In this document: piece by piece, positions 1-8,814 of the stretch
Layout of the letters: the number at the start of each line of letters is the position of its first letter
Position numbering within the stretch: position 1 is the stretch's first letter
Assembly (NCBI GenBank): GCA_963836075.1
Contig: CAWIIB010000009.1
Span: forward strand, 1,440,001 to 1,504,000
Direction: 5' to 3'
Length of the DNA stretch: 64,000 nucleotides
DNA from: an uncultured Acidobacteriota bacterium
Lineage (GTDB): Bacteria; Acidobacteriota; JAQAZP01
The notes under the pieces: generated by a model
Databases searched by the model: none
Told to the model about the DNA's origin: nothing
Seen by the model: only the letters and a program-made list of their open reading frames with translations
Position numbers and translations under genes: made by a program

Positions 1-1
1 G

Positions 2-433
2 GACCGGGGGCAATACGACCAGCCGGCAGACGTTGACTATGTCACCGGTGCGGCCCTGGCTGTCCGGCGGCAGGTCTGGGATGAACTGGGCGGCCTCGAT
101 CCGGGCTACCGGCCCGGTTACTACGAGGAGACCGAACTCTGCTTGCGGGCACGGCGGAAGGGGTACCGGGTGGCGGTGCTTCCTGCGGCCCGCGCCGTGC
201 ACCATGAGTCGGCCTCCACGGGGAAGCTCAGTTCCCGCTTTTTTTACTGCTACCACCGCAACCGGCTCCGTTTCCTCATCCGGAACTACAGCTTCCTGCA
301 CTGGTTCCTGCGTTTCGCCCCCGCCGAACTCCGCTGGCTCGTCCAGTCCATGCCGGCCGAGCAGAGGGGACCCGTGTTCAAGGCCTACCTGGTGAATCTG
401 GCCCGCTTTCCCCTGACCCTGCTCGGACAATAG
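2..433 (+). CDS. Glycosyltransferase family 2, 3' part (5'-truncated by window edge)
   Basis: Frame open from base 2: DVDYVTGAALAVRRQVWDELGGLDPGY...YYEETELCLRARRKGYRV...HHES, the typical C-terminal half of a rhamnosyltransferase-like GT2. Confidence 0.85.
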   Translation, partial: DRGQYDQPADVDYVTGAALAVRRQVWDELGGLDPGYRPGYYEETELCLRARRKGYRVAVLPAARAVHHESASTGKLSSRFFYCYHRNRLRFLIRNYSFLHWFLRFAPAELRWLVQSMPAEQRGPVFKAYLVNLARFPLTLLGQ

Positions 434-462
434 ACCGTTCTCCCCAAAATATGAGGCGTTAC

Positions 463-491
463 TTGACATTTCCGGGAGCGCTCACTATTAT
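463..491 (+). promoter_or_regulatory. Sigma70-type promoter
   Basis: TTGACA (463-468), 17 nt, TATTAT (486-491), in an AT-richer intergenic region. Confidence 0.7.
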
Positions 492-852
492 GGAAAACAC
501 GTGTTGAGCTTGCGGCGGATGCTCTCACCGTTGCACGGCTTTCTTTCTCGTCAATATTTCAATAATTTCAAGGATATTGTGTGGAAACGCTTTGCTGCAC
601 CCACATGATCCATCTCTTGTGACAACAGTCTGTTTCGGGCCGGGTTTCCAGGTCCGGGCCCTGGTGACAAGGAGGCGTCTCATCGGGCAAACGGCTTCTT
701 CCGGTTGATCTCACCGGTGAAGCAAGAAATACGTTTTGCTGATCAAAGCACCTGTCGGCGCGTCAAGGGGGTTCGGGTGCGGGCGGCTACTTCAGCGCCA
801 GTCGTTGCACCTGGGCAAGAACAGGCCGGCGAAACATTGCGGAGGATGAAAG

Positions 853-1884
853 ATGAAGAGAGTTCTATTGGTGGCTTGCATGATGTTGCTGGTCTGCAGC
901 AGCGCTTCCATGGCCGAACTGGTTGGCGACGACGTGCAGTTCGATGCCCTGTTCGCCGACGAGAGCCCTTACTTCGGTGGAGAGCGGGTTCGGATCTCGG
1001 TACTGGTGATCAACGGCAATGACTTTTACCAGCCGATCCGGCTCCTCTGGCAGATGATGGACCCGCTGGGCAATGTTGCCTCGGGCACGATCCAGAAGAA
1101 CCTTTACCCCTACTGGGCGGGCACGCTCAGCTTTGGCAAGCCCCTCCCCGAAGGTGCCTTCCCCGGCCTCTACACCTGGACCGGAATCCTGATGTCCAAG
1201 GAAGCCGACCTCACCTGGCAGACCGTGGGACAGAAACAGGTCACCTTTTTTGTGGGTGATGAAGGCTCCGCCGGCCCCGGCGGCACCTGGGACTTCTTCT
1301 GCTCGTTGTATCCCGATACCTTTGCCAAGGGTGAGAGCTTCTCCATGGACGCCCTGGTGGGCAACGGTACCGAGAACGAGGCCGATGTCCTGGTGCAGTC
1401 GCTGATCACCGGACCCGGCGGCGCGGAATACATCCTCGGGCCGCACGCGCTGACCGTGCAGCCGGCAAGCAACACCACCGTGCACTTCATCATCAACTCG
1501 TATGTCAACGCCCCCTCCGGCGCGTACACCGTGGCCCAGCAGCTGCTGGACCTGGACAACGAGTTGCTCAACGAAGTGATCACCGGTTTCACCATCACCG
1601 GCACAAGCTTCAGCATGCTTCACGGTGACGCCCTGCTGGCCCTGGCCGCCATTCCGGAAGAGAACAAGCTCGATCCGGAATACAATGTGGCCGCCGACCT
1701 GGACAACATCCTGACGCTGTTCAACGCCGGCGATGTCCAGGGCGCCCTGGACCAGGCCCTGGCGATGATCGAGTATCTGCCGGCGAAGTTCACCACCGCC
1801 GGTGACTTTGCCCCGGCCCTGGATGCCGTCGTGGACTATCTCGAGGCGTCGCTGAACAACAACTTCACCTTCAGCCTGAGCTAG
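853..1884 (+). CDS. Secreted hypothetical protein (signal peptide, probable beta-sandwich domains, helical C-terminus)
   Basis: 343 aa; MKRVLLVACMMLLVCSSASMA signal peptide; GGAGG RBS upstream; followed by an intrinsic terminator. Confidence 0.8.
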   Translation: MKRVLLVACMMLLVCSSASMAELVGDDVQFDALFADESPYFGGERVRISVLVINGNDFYQPIRLLWQMMDPLGNVASGTIQKNLYPYWAGTLSFGKPLPEGAFPGLYTWTGILMSKEADLTWQTVGQKQVTFFVGDEGSAGPGGTWDFFCSLYPDTFAKGESFSMDALVGNGTENEADVLVQSLITGPGGAEYILGPHALTVQPASNTTVHFIINSYVNAPSGAYTVAQQLLDLDNELLNEVITGFTITGTSFSMLHGDALLALAAIPEENKLDPEYNVAADLDNILTLFNAGDVQGALDQALAMIEYLPAKFTTAGDFAPALDAVVDYLEASLNNNFTFSLS

Positions 1885-1909
1885 GCTGTTTCCGGTAGTA
1901 GAGACCACC

Positions 1910-1942
1910 GGCCGCCGGTCATCCGACCGGCGGCCTTTTTTT
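1910..1942 (+). terminator. Rho-independent terminator
   Basis: GGCCGCCGGTC-ATCC-GACCGGCGGCC perfect 11-bp stem followed by T7. Confidence 0.9.
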
Positions 1943-2017
1943 ATGACGACCTCATCTGTTAGAATTTTCACCTGGCAGGAACCTGCGCTGTCCGCGGATG
2001 AGAGGGGGGATCGACCG

Positions 2018-2386
2018 GTGCACGAGATTTCGGTGGAAGTGACCTTTTCCGCGGCCCACCGCATCCGGTTGGGCGAGGGGGAAGTGGACCGCCTGCACGG
2101 GCACAACTGGAAGACGGTGGTCTCCGTCCGGACCGACCGGCTGGACGAGAACGGCCTGGCCCTCGATTTTGGCCGCCTGCGCCAGATCACCCGCGACGTG
2201 ACCCAGAAGCTGGACCACCAGGACGTGAACGCGGTGCCGCCTTTCGACTATCTCAATCCCACTGCCGAGAACGTGGCCCGGTGGATCTTTGAGGAAATCG
2301 CCTCCCGGCTGGCCGAGCCGCACCTGCGGGTATCCCGGGTCCAGGTCTGGGAGGAAGAAGGGGTCTCGGCGTCCTACTTTGCCTGA
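2018..2386 (+). CDS. queD: 6-carboxytetrahydropterin synthase QueD / PTPS family (atypical active-site motif)
   Basis: FSAAH, LHGHNW, DFG, LDH, NPTAENVA and VWE motifs; GTG start at 2018 after a G-rich RBS; first gene of a queD-queE-queC run. Confidence 0.85.
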   Translation: MHEISVEVTFSAAHRIRLGEGEVDRLHGHNWKTVVSVRTDRLDENGLALDFGRLRQITRDVTQKLDHQDVNAVPPFDYLNPTAENVARWIFEEIASRLAEPHLRVSRVQVWEEEGVSASYFA

Positions 2387-3068
2387 CCTGAAGATCAAGC
2401 TGAACGAACTGTTTCACAGCATTCAGGGCGAGTCGACCCTCGCCGGACTGCCCACGGTCTTTGTCCGTTTTCAGGGGTGCAACCTTTCCTGCGGTTACTG
2501 TGATACGCCCCGGGCCCGGGTGGAGGGGCCCGGCCATGCGGTGGAAGCTGAAACACTGGTTGCCCTGATCGTTAAGCGCGGCTGCCGGCACGTCTGCCTC
2601 ACCGGGGGCGAACCACTGCTGCAGCGGGACGCGGTGGTCCTGCTGGCCCGGCGGCTCATCGGGCAGGGCCTCACGGTTTCGCTGGAGACCAACGGCAGCC
2701 TGCCTCTTGCCGGCCTGCCGCCGGGACTGCGCCGGGTGATGGACCTGAAAACGCCGGGCAGCGGCATGGCCGGCCGGAACCTGGCGGAGAATCTCGATCA
2801 ACTGGGGGACGGCGACGAACTGAAATGCGTGATCACCGGCCGTGAAGATTTTCTCTGGGCGGTGGAGCGGGTGCGGGAGGCGAATCTGCCGCAGAGCGTT
2901 GCGGTGCATTTCTCGCCCGCCGGCGGCTTCCTGGAAGCCGCCGTGTTGGCCGGCTGGATCCTGGAAACCGGTTTGCCGCTGCGGCTGCAGCTCCAGTTGC
3001 ACCGTCTGATCTGGCCCGACGGGCGGGACGGATCGCCGCTGGATCTGCTGGCCGGGGCGGAGGAGTGA
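2379..3068 (+). CDS. queE: 7-carboxy-7-deazaguanine synthase QueE (radical SAM)
   Basis: ELFHSIQGE, FVRFQGCNLSCGYCDT, LTGGEPLLQ, ETNGS, QLQLHRLIW; probable TTG start overlapping the queD stop. Confidence 0.9.
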   Translation: MPDLKIKLNELFHSIQGESTLAGLPTVFVRFQGCNLSCGYCDTPRARVEGPGHAVEAETLVALIVKRGCRHVCLTGGEPLLQRDAVVLLARRLIGQGLTVSLETNGSLPLAGLPPGLRRVMDLKTPGSGMAGRNLAENLDQLGDGDELKCVITGREDFLWAVERVREANLPQSVAVHFSPAGGFLEAAVLAGWILETGLPLRLQLQLHRLIWPDGRDGSPLDLLAGAEE

Positions 3069-3072
3069 GACC

Positions 3073-3822
3073 ATGGCCGGGGAGGCAAGAGCGGAAGCGG
3101 TGGTGTTGGCCAGCGGCGGGCTGGACAGCTGTGTCGCCACGGCGCTCACCGTGAAAACCTGTGGCGCCGGCGCCACAGCCATGCTGCACATCAGTTACGG
3201 GCAGCGCACCGCGGCCCGTGAGGAACAGGCCATGACGGCCATCGCCCGGCGCCTCGGCGTGAGCCGGCTGCTGGTCATCCCGCTCCCCGGCCTGGGGGCC
3301 ATGGGCGGGTCGAGCCTCACCGATTCCGACCTGCCGCTGCCGGACGGCGCCGGGGGTGACGGGATGATTCCCAGCACCTATGTGCCGTTCCGCAACACGG
3401 TGCTCTGCTCGCTGGCCGTGGCCTGGGCCGAGGCTCTGGGCGCCTCGCGGGTGGTGCTGGGCGCGGTGCAGTCGGACCGGGCGGGGTACCCCGATTGCCG
3501 AGCCGAATACATCGAGGCTCTGAACCGTCTGGTGGCCACCGGCACCCGGCCCGGGACCGGCATCGAGGTGCAGGCCCCGCTGATCGCCATGAGCAAGGAG
3601 GAGATCGTCCGCCTCGGGACGAGAATCGGAGCTCCATTGGAACTGAGCTGGTCCTGCTACGGGCTGGCGGACCGGGCCTGTGGCCGGTGCGAGAGCTGCC
3701 GGACCCGGTTGGAGGGCTTTCGGGCCGCCGGCCTGGCGGACCCGGTTCCGTACCTGCTCCGGGGAGCTGATCTTCGGCCCGTCCTGTTTGAAGAGACCGG
3801 GCCGGCTGTGATATACCGCTGA
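3073..3822 (+). CDS. queC: 7-cyano-7-deazaguanine synthase QueC
   Basis: SGGLDS PP-loop, YGQR, STYVPFRN, YPDCR, SWSCY...CGRCESCRTR. Confidence 0.95.
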   Translation: MAGEARAEAVVLASGGLDSCVATALTVKTCGAGATAMLHISYGQRTAAREEQAMTAIARRLGVSRLLVIPLPGLGAMGGSSLTDSDLPLPDGAGGDGMIPSTYVPFRNTVLCSLAVAWAEALGASRVVLGAVQSDRAGYPDCRAEYIEALNRLVATGTRPGTGIEVQAPLIAMSKEEIVRLGTRIGAPLELSWSCYGLADRACGRCESCRTRLEGFRAAGLADPVPYLLRGADLRPVLFEETGPAVIYR

Positions 3823-3901
3823 AGCTATCATTTTATTGGGAAACCGGCGGGATACGGGACAGAGGACCGGGCCCCGCCGGTACGAGTTCAAGGAGAGACC
3901 C

Positions 3902-4204
3902 ATGTCGGCACGGAGACCGAGCGAGAACGAAGAGGAATATTTTGCCAGGCAGGAGTTCGAGCGCCTCAAGGCCCGGGCCCGGAAGAACTGTGAGGGCGAA
4001 AAGGAGTCCGAGTGCACCAGGCTCAAGGAACTGCACTACATGTGCTGCCCCAAGTGCGGCCACGCCATGGTGGAGGTGGAGCTGGAGGGCATCAAGGTCG
4101 ACAAGTGCACCTGCTGCAAAGGCATCTACTTCGATGACGGTGAGCTGGAGCAGATCCTGGAGAAGCAGCCCGGCCGGTTCCTGAAGACAGTCTTCCGCTG
4201 GTAA
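3902..4204 (+). CDS. Small zinc-ribbon protein (zf-TFIIB-like)
   Basis: EEEYFARQE coiled N-terminus, CPKC...CTCC, FDDGELE; AGGAG RBS before ATG 3902. Confidence 0.8.
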   Translation: MSARRPSENEEEYFARQEFERLKARARKNCEGEKESECTRLKELHYMCCPKCGHAMVEVELEGIKVDKCTCCKGIYFDDGELEQILEKQPGRFLKTVFRW

Positions 4205-4260
4205 TCGGGCTTGTATCCGCTGCTGATTGGCGATATCCCATTTAACCTTGCGGGGGTTCC

Positions 4261-5754
4261 ATGTCCCGGATTCTGCTCTTCGGGTTCTCCCCTCTGCCGG
4301 TGGAAAACAGTCACCGGCTGCATGCTCCGGGAATCCGAACCTGGCAGATGGCCAGCCCGCTGCTGGCCGACGGCCACGAACTGCTGCTGGTCTGCTGTCG
4401 CTACAGCGCCGGCTACGGGGACCAGGAGCCGGACACCATCGAACTGGAGCGTCCGGAGGCCGGCCTCAAGTGCCTGCTGCTCAGGGATTCCCTGTTCAAT
4501 GATGCCGGGTACCTGCAGACCCTCCACGACCAGTTCCAGCCCGACTGTGTGGTGGGCGCCACGGTGATCCCCTCGGCGGCGGCGGTGAAGCTGGAAACCG
4601 GAGCGCCCATCTGGGCCGACCTCTTTGGCCATTTCATGGCCGAGGGTCAGGCCAAGGCCTCGGTCTACCAGGATGACGAACTGCTGACCAGCTACTTCGG
4701 CATCGCTCGCTCGATCCTCCTCCGGGCGGATATCTTCTCCACGGTGTCCCACGCCCAGGAACTGGCCGCCATCGGTGAACTGGGGCTCTCCGGACGGCTC
4801 AACTCCCGGACGTCCGGCTATGGCTTCACCGTGGAGATCCCCTGTGCCATGGATGCCGAGCCGTTCCCCGAGACGGGTCCGGTGATCCGGGGCGACCTGG
4901 TGGCCGAGGATGATTTCGTGATCCTCTGGAGCGGGGGTTACAATACCTGGGCCGATGTGGACACCCTGTTCAAAGCCCTGGAAACGGCCATGAGCCGCGA
5001 CCCGGGTATCCGTTTCGTCTCCATCGGCGGTGAGCTGACCGGCCAGGACGATCGCACCTACCCCCGTTTCCGCGAGATGGTGGAGCAGTCGTCTTTGCGG
5101 GACCGGTGCTTCTTCAAGGGCTGGATCCCCACGGCGGAGGTGCCGGCGCATTACGCCGACGCCGACGTGGGGATCAACGTGGACAAGGACATCTACGAGG
5201 TCCGGCTGGGGAGCAAGAACAGGATTCTGGACTGGATGCGGGCCGGGCTGCCCGCGCTCTGCTCCAGGGTCTGCGAATTGAGCATCGCCCTGGAGGAGTC
5301 CGGGGTGGGCTTCACCTATCCCCCGGGGGACAGCGCGGCCCTGGCCGAGACCATCCTGCGGCTGGCCGCCGATCGCGAGGGGACCAGGGCCTTGCGCCGG
5401 AGGGTCCGTGAGCACGCGCTCGGCCACTACACGTTTCCGATCACCACCGAGCCGCTGCGCCGCTGGGTCCGCCACCCGGCCCCGGCTCCTGACCGGGACA
5501 ACCCGGTGCGCATCGACCAGAACTGGTATGACCGCTACGTGGACCTGCTCCGGCAAAAGGACCGCATCGTCCTCGACCTCGAGGCCTCGCTGATGAAGCA
5601 GGAGGGGACCTTGCGGCTTCACGAGGAGCGGGTGCGGGAACGCGATGAGGAGATCCGGCGGCACCGGCGCTACCGGGAGCAGGTGGAGGGGGACCGGATT
5701 TACCAGCGGCTGCAGGCACTGCGCCGCTTCTGGTCCCGGATTCGCGGCGGCTGA
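4261..5754 (+). CDS. Glycosyltransferase, GT-B fold (GT4-like), with C-terminal coiled coil
   Basis: ILWSGGYNTWAD, FFKGWIP, ADVGIN, SKNRILDWMRAGLP, GDSAALAETI; charged heptad-rich tail. Confidence 0.85.
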   Translation: MSRILLFGFSPLPVENSHRLHAPGIRTWQMASPLLADGHELLLVCCRYSAGYGDQEPDTIELERPEAGLKCLLLRDSLFNDAGYLQTLHDQFQPDCVVGATVIPSAAAVKLETGAPIWADLFGHFMAEGQAKASVYQDDELLTSYFGIARSILLRADIFSTVSHAQELAAIGELGLSGRLNSRTSGYGFTVEIPCAMDAEPFPETGPVIRGDLVAEDDFVILWSGGYNTWADVDTLFKALETAMSRDPGIRFVSIGGELTGQDDRTYPRFREMVEQSSLRDRCFFKGWIPTAEVPAHYADADVGINVDKDIYEVRLGSKNRILDWMRAGLPALCSRVCELSIALEESGVGFTYPPGDSAALAETILRLAADREGTRALRRRVREHALGHYTFPITTEPLRRWVRHPAPAPDRDNPVRIDQNWYDRYVDLLRQKDRIVLDLEASLMKQEGTLRLHEERVRERDEEIRRHRRYREQVEGDRIYQRLQALRRFWSRIRGG

Positions 5755-5795
5755 ACCGCCGGCCGGGGTCGCAACAGGACGGACGAAGAATACTC

Positions 5796-7499
5796 ATGGC
5801 CGTTGATGACAACTGGGAAATTCTGGACAACGCCAACGTGTGGCACATCAGCCCGGCCGGGGAGCTGGTGCCCGGTGCGGAGCTGGGCCAGTCCTTTGTC
5901 TGCCGCCGGCCGGGGTTGCACCGGGTGGAACTGCTGCTGGCCAATTACCAGCAGCCCATCGACTCCACCGTGCTGGTCCGGTTGCGCGAGGAGGGCCCCG
6001 GGGGGCGGTTGATCTTCCAGCGGCCGTTCAACACGCTGCAGGTGGTGGACAACGCCTGGCAGAGTTTTGATTTCCCGGTGATTCCCCACAGCGCCGGGCG
6101 GCGCTACTACCTGTCGCTCACCTCGCTCCGCGCGGACAGCGGGCGCCACATCACCGCCTGGCACCACCCGAAGCTCAAGCTGGACGGCGGGACCCTCTAT
6201 CGCAACGGGCAGGCCCAGAAACGCGGCGCGCTGAGCCTGCGAGCCTGGGTGCAGCGGGAGGAGCCGGTGCGGCGGCGCTACCACGAGTTCCGGCGGGCCT
6301 ACCGCGACGGCGTGGACGACTACCGGGAACCGCCGCTGCAGCTCTACGTGGAAGTGGCCTCGCGCTGCAACCTCAGCTGCATCATGTGCCGTGACCGGGA
6401 CGGGTCGGTGATGGTCCCCCAGAAAGCCGGCAGCGCCGCCGGGTTCATGGAGTTCGACCTGTTCCGGCAGCTCAGACCGCTGCTGGAGAGCGTCTACACG
6501 GTGAACCTCTTCGGCTGGGGTGAACCGATGCTGCACAAGGAGTTCATCCGCTTCATCGAGTTCACCCGGGAGTGCAGCAACCGCTGCCGGATCAACTTCA
6601 ACACCAACGGCACCCTGCTGAGCGCGCAGAAGGCGGCCCGGCTGGTGGAACTGGATGTGACCCGGGTCTGCTTCTCCATCGACAGCCCGGACCCCGAGAC
6701 CTTCGAAAAGATCCGCCGCGGGGCGAAGTTCGACCGGATCATCACCAACATCGACCGGCTGCGCATGCTTCGCGACGGCCGGCTGGCTTCGGGAGAGGGC
6801 AGCCGGCTGGTGCTGGCCATGGAGCAGGTGGTGATGCAGCCCAATGTGGGCCAGCTGGTGGAGACGGTGAACCTGGCCAGCCGCCTGGGCATCGGCGAAC
6901 TCTATCTCGAGCAGCTCTACGGCCCGTTCCCCGATCTGATCGTGGAGGATCTCGGGCCTCATCTCGAAGGGTACCGAGCCGCCCGGGAGGTTTCCCTGGA
7001 TCTGAACGTGGCCCTGATCGGGCCGATGGTGCGCAGGTTCGAGGCCCTGCTGGAGGGGGGTGGACGTGACGAGCCGGAAGCCGCCGGTCCCGGTGAAGAC
7101 CGGCCGGCACACCTGCCCGCCGCCCGTTGCCCCGAGCCGTGGCAGACCATCTTCGTCGATCGCACCGGCAACGTGATCCCCTGCTGTTTCCAGCAGTTCT
7201 GCACCGCCCTGGGCCGCATCCCGGAGATGACGACGGAGCAGGTCTGGAGGGGCGAGGAATACAATACCCTGCGCCGGGGCGTGGTGGACCAACCGTATTA
7301 CCCGGGCTGTGAAAACTGTATCGCCGCCCAGTTGCCGCCGCCGCCCGTCCTGTCCCCGGAATGGATGAATTCGCTGGAACTGGCCCCCCCGGGGCCGGAG
7401 CCCATCGAGATCCCCCCGGCCCCGCCGTTGCCGCCCCGGGGCGCGGCCCGCATCGCCCGTGCCATCTGGCGCCGCCTGCCCGGCGCGGGCCGGCGCTGA
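5796..7499 (+). CDS. Radical SAM protein with Twitch/SPASM-type C-terminus and an extra N-terminal beta-rich domain
   Basis: CNLSCIMC, FGWGEPMLH, FNTNGTLL, FSIDS; CPEPW...GNVIPCC...CENC auxiliary-cluster cysteines. Confidence 0.9.
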   Translation: MAVDDNWEILDNANVWHISPAGELVPGAELGQSFVCRRPGLHRVELLLANYQQPIDSTVLVRLREEGPGGRLIFQRPFNTLQVVDNAWQSFDFPVIPHSAGRRYYLSLTSLRADSGRHITAWHHPKLKLDGGTLYRNGQAQKRGALSLRAWVQREEPVRRRYHEFRRAYRDGVDDYREPPLQLYVEVASRCNLSCIMCRDRDGSVMVPQKAGSAAGFMEFDLFRQLRPLLESVYTVNLFGWGEPMLHKEFIRFIEFTRECSNRCRINFNTNGTLLSAQKAARLVELDVTRVCFSIDSPDPETFEKIRRGAKFDRIITNIDRLRMLRDGRLASGEGSRLVLAMEQVVMQPNVGQLVETVNLASRLGIGELYLEQLYGPFPDLIVEDLGPHLEGYRAAREVSLDLNVALIGPMVRRFEALLEGGGRDEPEAAGPGEDRPAHLPAARCPEPWQTIFVDRTGNVIPCCFQQFCTALGRIPEMTTEQVWRGEEYNTLRRGVVDQPYYPGCENCIAAQLPPPPVLSPEWMNSLELAPPGPEPIEIPPAPPLPPRGAARIARAIWRRLPGAGRR

Positions 7500-7513
7500 A
7501 CGGAGGACTCCGC

Positions 7514-8800
7514 TTGAGCCGCGTGACACTGATATCGCCCGAACGGATTCGTCTCCGGATGGCTGGAGTGGGTGTGCGCTACCTGGAGATGGCCCGCTTT
7601 CTCAGCCGCCGCCACCAGGTGACCCTGCTGGCGCCCAACGACGACCTGCCGCAGGAGCAGGAGTTCCGTCTCGACACCTGGCGCGAGGGTGAGTTTGTCC
7701 GGCTGACCAGGGACGCCGAGGTGGTGGTGATTCACGGGCACGTGTCCAATCACTATTTTGCCGAGGTGCAGGGCATCCCCACCGTGGTGGATCTCTACGA
7801 TCCGTTCCTGGTGGAAAACATGCACTACGCCGCCGCCATGGGCGAGGAGGTCTTTCTCTTTGACCACGCCACCCTTTCCCGGCAGCTTCACCGGGGCGAT
7901 TTCTTCCTCTGTTTCACGCCCTGGCAACGGCTGTTCTACCTGGGGATGCTGGCCGCCCTGGGCCGGGTGAACCCGGGCAACTTCCCTGGCGACCGGACCC
8001 TGGAGGGCCTGGTGGCACTGGTCCCCTTCGGCGTTCCGGAACACGACCCGCTCCGCGGGGAACCGCTGCTGCGCGGCCGGGTGGCGGGGATCGGCGAGGA
8101 GGACCGCCTGCTTTTTTACGGCGGCATCTACGACTGGCACGACCCGCTCACCGCCCTCCGTGCCGTGGAGCTGTTGTGGGAAGAAAAGGCCGGCGGCGGC
8201 CAGGGGCCGAAGCTGGTTTTCGTGCGCAACCCCAACCTGGAGACCACACCCCAGGAGCGCTACGGTGAGGCCCGTCGCTGGTGCGAGGAGCGGGACTGGC
8301 TCGGCAGCCGCGCCTTCTTCATCGACTGGATCGACTACCAGCGGCGGGAGAGCGCCTACCTCGAGTGTGACCTGGGGCTGGCCACCTTTCCCGCCGGGCT
8401 GGAGGCCGATCTCTCCTTCCGCACCCGGGTGCTGGACTGGCTCTGGTGCGGGCTTCCGGTGGTGGTCACCGACGGGGGATGGACCGGAGAACTGCTGCGC
8501 GGCGAGGGGGCCGGGGCCGTGGCCCAGCCTGGAAACCCCGGGGAGGTGGCCCGGCTGATCGGTGAACTGCTGGAGGATACCGGCCGGCGAGAGGAACTGG
8601 CCCGCAGAGGCCGCCGGCTGGTGGACCGCCGCTTTCGTTGGGAACAGATCCTCGAACCGCTGGACCGCTTCTGCGCGGCCCCGCGGGTTGCCGCGGACAA
8701 GGAACTGGCCGGCCGGACCTCGGGCGCCGCAGATCCCCGGGGCGAAGGGTCCGGCGCCGGCCGCCGGCTGAGAAACTGGTTCACCGGCCGCGGCCGGTGA
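7514..8800 (+). CDS. Glycosyltransferase GT4-like
   Basis: MAGVGVRYLEMA, VVDLYDPF, LFYGGIYDWHDP, SFRTRVLDWLWCGLP; TTG start after GGAGG. Confidence 0.85.
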   Translation: MSRVTLISPERIRLRMAGVGVRYLEMARFLSRRHQVTLLAPNDDLPQEQEFRLDTWREGEFVRLTRDAEVVVIHGHVSNHYFAEVQGIPTVVDLYDPFLVENMHYAAAMGEEVFLFDHATLSRQLHRGDFFLCFTPWQRLFYLGMLAALGRVNPGNFPGDRTLEGLVALVPFGVPEHDPLRGEPLLRGRVAGIGEEDRLLFYGGIYDWHDPLTALRAVELLWEEKAGGGQGPKLVFVRNPNLETTPQERYGEARRWCEERDWLGSRAFFIDWIDYQRRESAYLECDLGLATFPAGLEADLSFRTRVLDWLWCGLPVVVTDGGWTGELLRGEGAGAVAQPGNPGEVARLIGELLEDTGRREELARRGRRLVDRRFRWEQILEPLDRFCAAPRVAADKELAGRTSGAADPRGEGSGAGRRLRNWFTGRGR

Positions 8801-8814
8801 GGGAGCACTGAAGA

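Noticed and set aside
680-815. c-di-GMP riboswitch in the long leader (GGGCAAAC seed)
   Set aside because: The GNRA hairpin and ACGCAAAGC elements expected after the seed are not present.
1943-2017. preQ1 riboswitch upstream of queD
   Set aside because: No hairpin plus A-rich tail matching preQ1-I; the region looks like a terminator, an extended -10 (TGTTAGAAT) and an RBS.
2018-3822. dpd-type 7-deazaguanine DNA modification island
   Set aside because: No dpdA/tgt-like, helicase or dndB-like genes in the window.
5796-7499. Radical SAM enzyme as an anaerobic sulfatase maturase for the seven lipoproteins
   Set aside because: It has only a Twitch-like Cys set, shares a domain with the GT, and the targets lack [C/S]xPxR. 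Thr oxidation cannot be fully excluded but has no support here.
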